A stretch of 64,000 nucleotides of DNA. Source: an uncultured Acidobacteriota bacterium. Lineage in GTDB: Bacteria > Acidobacteriota > Thermoanaerobaculia > Multivoradales > DATKCC01. Below the pieces are notes generated by a model. The model had not been told where the DNA came from and did no database searches. It saw only the letters and a program-made list of their open reading frames with translations. The DNA lies in assembly GCA_963843755.1 (NCBI GenBank), contig CAWJLS010000012.1, positions 4,001-68,000 on the forward strand, written 5' to 3'. Below are positions 63,645 through 64,000 of this stretch, piece by piece. Position numbers and translations under genes: made by a program. The stretch's first letter is position 1; every line of letters begins with the position of its first letter.

Positions 63645-64000
63645 TCAGCCCGCCTTCTTGTAGAACGCGATCGGCTCCATGTGGCGCCGCACCGCGTCCT
63701 CGTTGATGACGCACTGCTTGATGTCGCGCTGGGACGGCACGTTGTACATCAGGTCGAGCATCAGCTCCTCGAGGATGATGCGCAGACCGCGGGCGCCGAC
63801 GGCACGGGTCAGGGCCTCCTTGGCGATCATCTGCATCGCTTCCTCGGTGAAGGTGAGCTCGACGCCCTCGAACTCGAGGATCGTCTGGTACTGGCGGATC
63901 AGGCTGTTCTTCGGCTCTCTGAGGATGCGCACCAGCGCCGTCTCGTCGAGCTCGTCGAGGGTGGCCACCACCGGCAGCCGGCCGACGAACTCCGGAATCA
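63645..64000 (-). CDS. clpX: ATP-dependent Clp protease ATPase subunit ClpX, 3' fragment
   Basis: IPEFVGRLPVVATL, LREPKN.L..QY, GARGLR. Lies upstream of lon; truncated by the window edge. Confidence 0.93.
   Translation of the reverse strand, partial: IPEFVGRLPVVATLDELDETALVRILREPKNSLIRQYQTILEFEGVELTFTEEAMQMIAKEALTRAVGARGLRIILEELMLDLMYNVPSQRDIKQCVINEDAVRRHMEPIAFYKKAG

Overview
High-GC bacterial chromosomal segment. The protein families suggest Acidobacteriota, possibly Thermoanaerobaculia (inference). Most of it is housekeeping: mdh-icd; an arginine deiminase cluster (arcA-arcC-arcB); purB; rlpA; ddl-serA-aminotransferase; NamZ and moaC; HU; rsmB, fmt, ftsK and rsmA; a complete MoxR/DUF58/Bat operon; a GAF-GGDEF protein; a secreted metzincin; an O-antigen-ligase-like protein; ALDH7; DprE1/DprE2 homologues; a porin; mqnA-rho-engB-lon-clpX. 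I saw no rRNA, tRNA, CRISPR array, integrase or transposase. The most unusual signals are non-coding. (1) A dispersed structured element at 11243-11419 and 52920-53202 has different but compensatory stems around a near-invariant 22-nt loop. Its terminal motif also forms a perfect 25-bp inverted repeat (9788-9812/11395-11419) bracketing a PIN-like ORF and a cytidine deaminase. (2) Two paralogous repeat-containing surface-protein genes each have a sigma-54 promoter and a shared palindromic upstream motif. (3) A DnaA-box/IHF/AT-rich cluster lies at about 47.6-47.8 kb, with no dnaA in the window. Six single-base frameshifts in rsmB, fmt and ftsK within 2 kb are most likely assembly errors.
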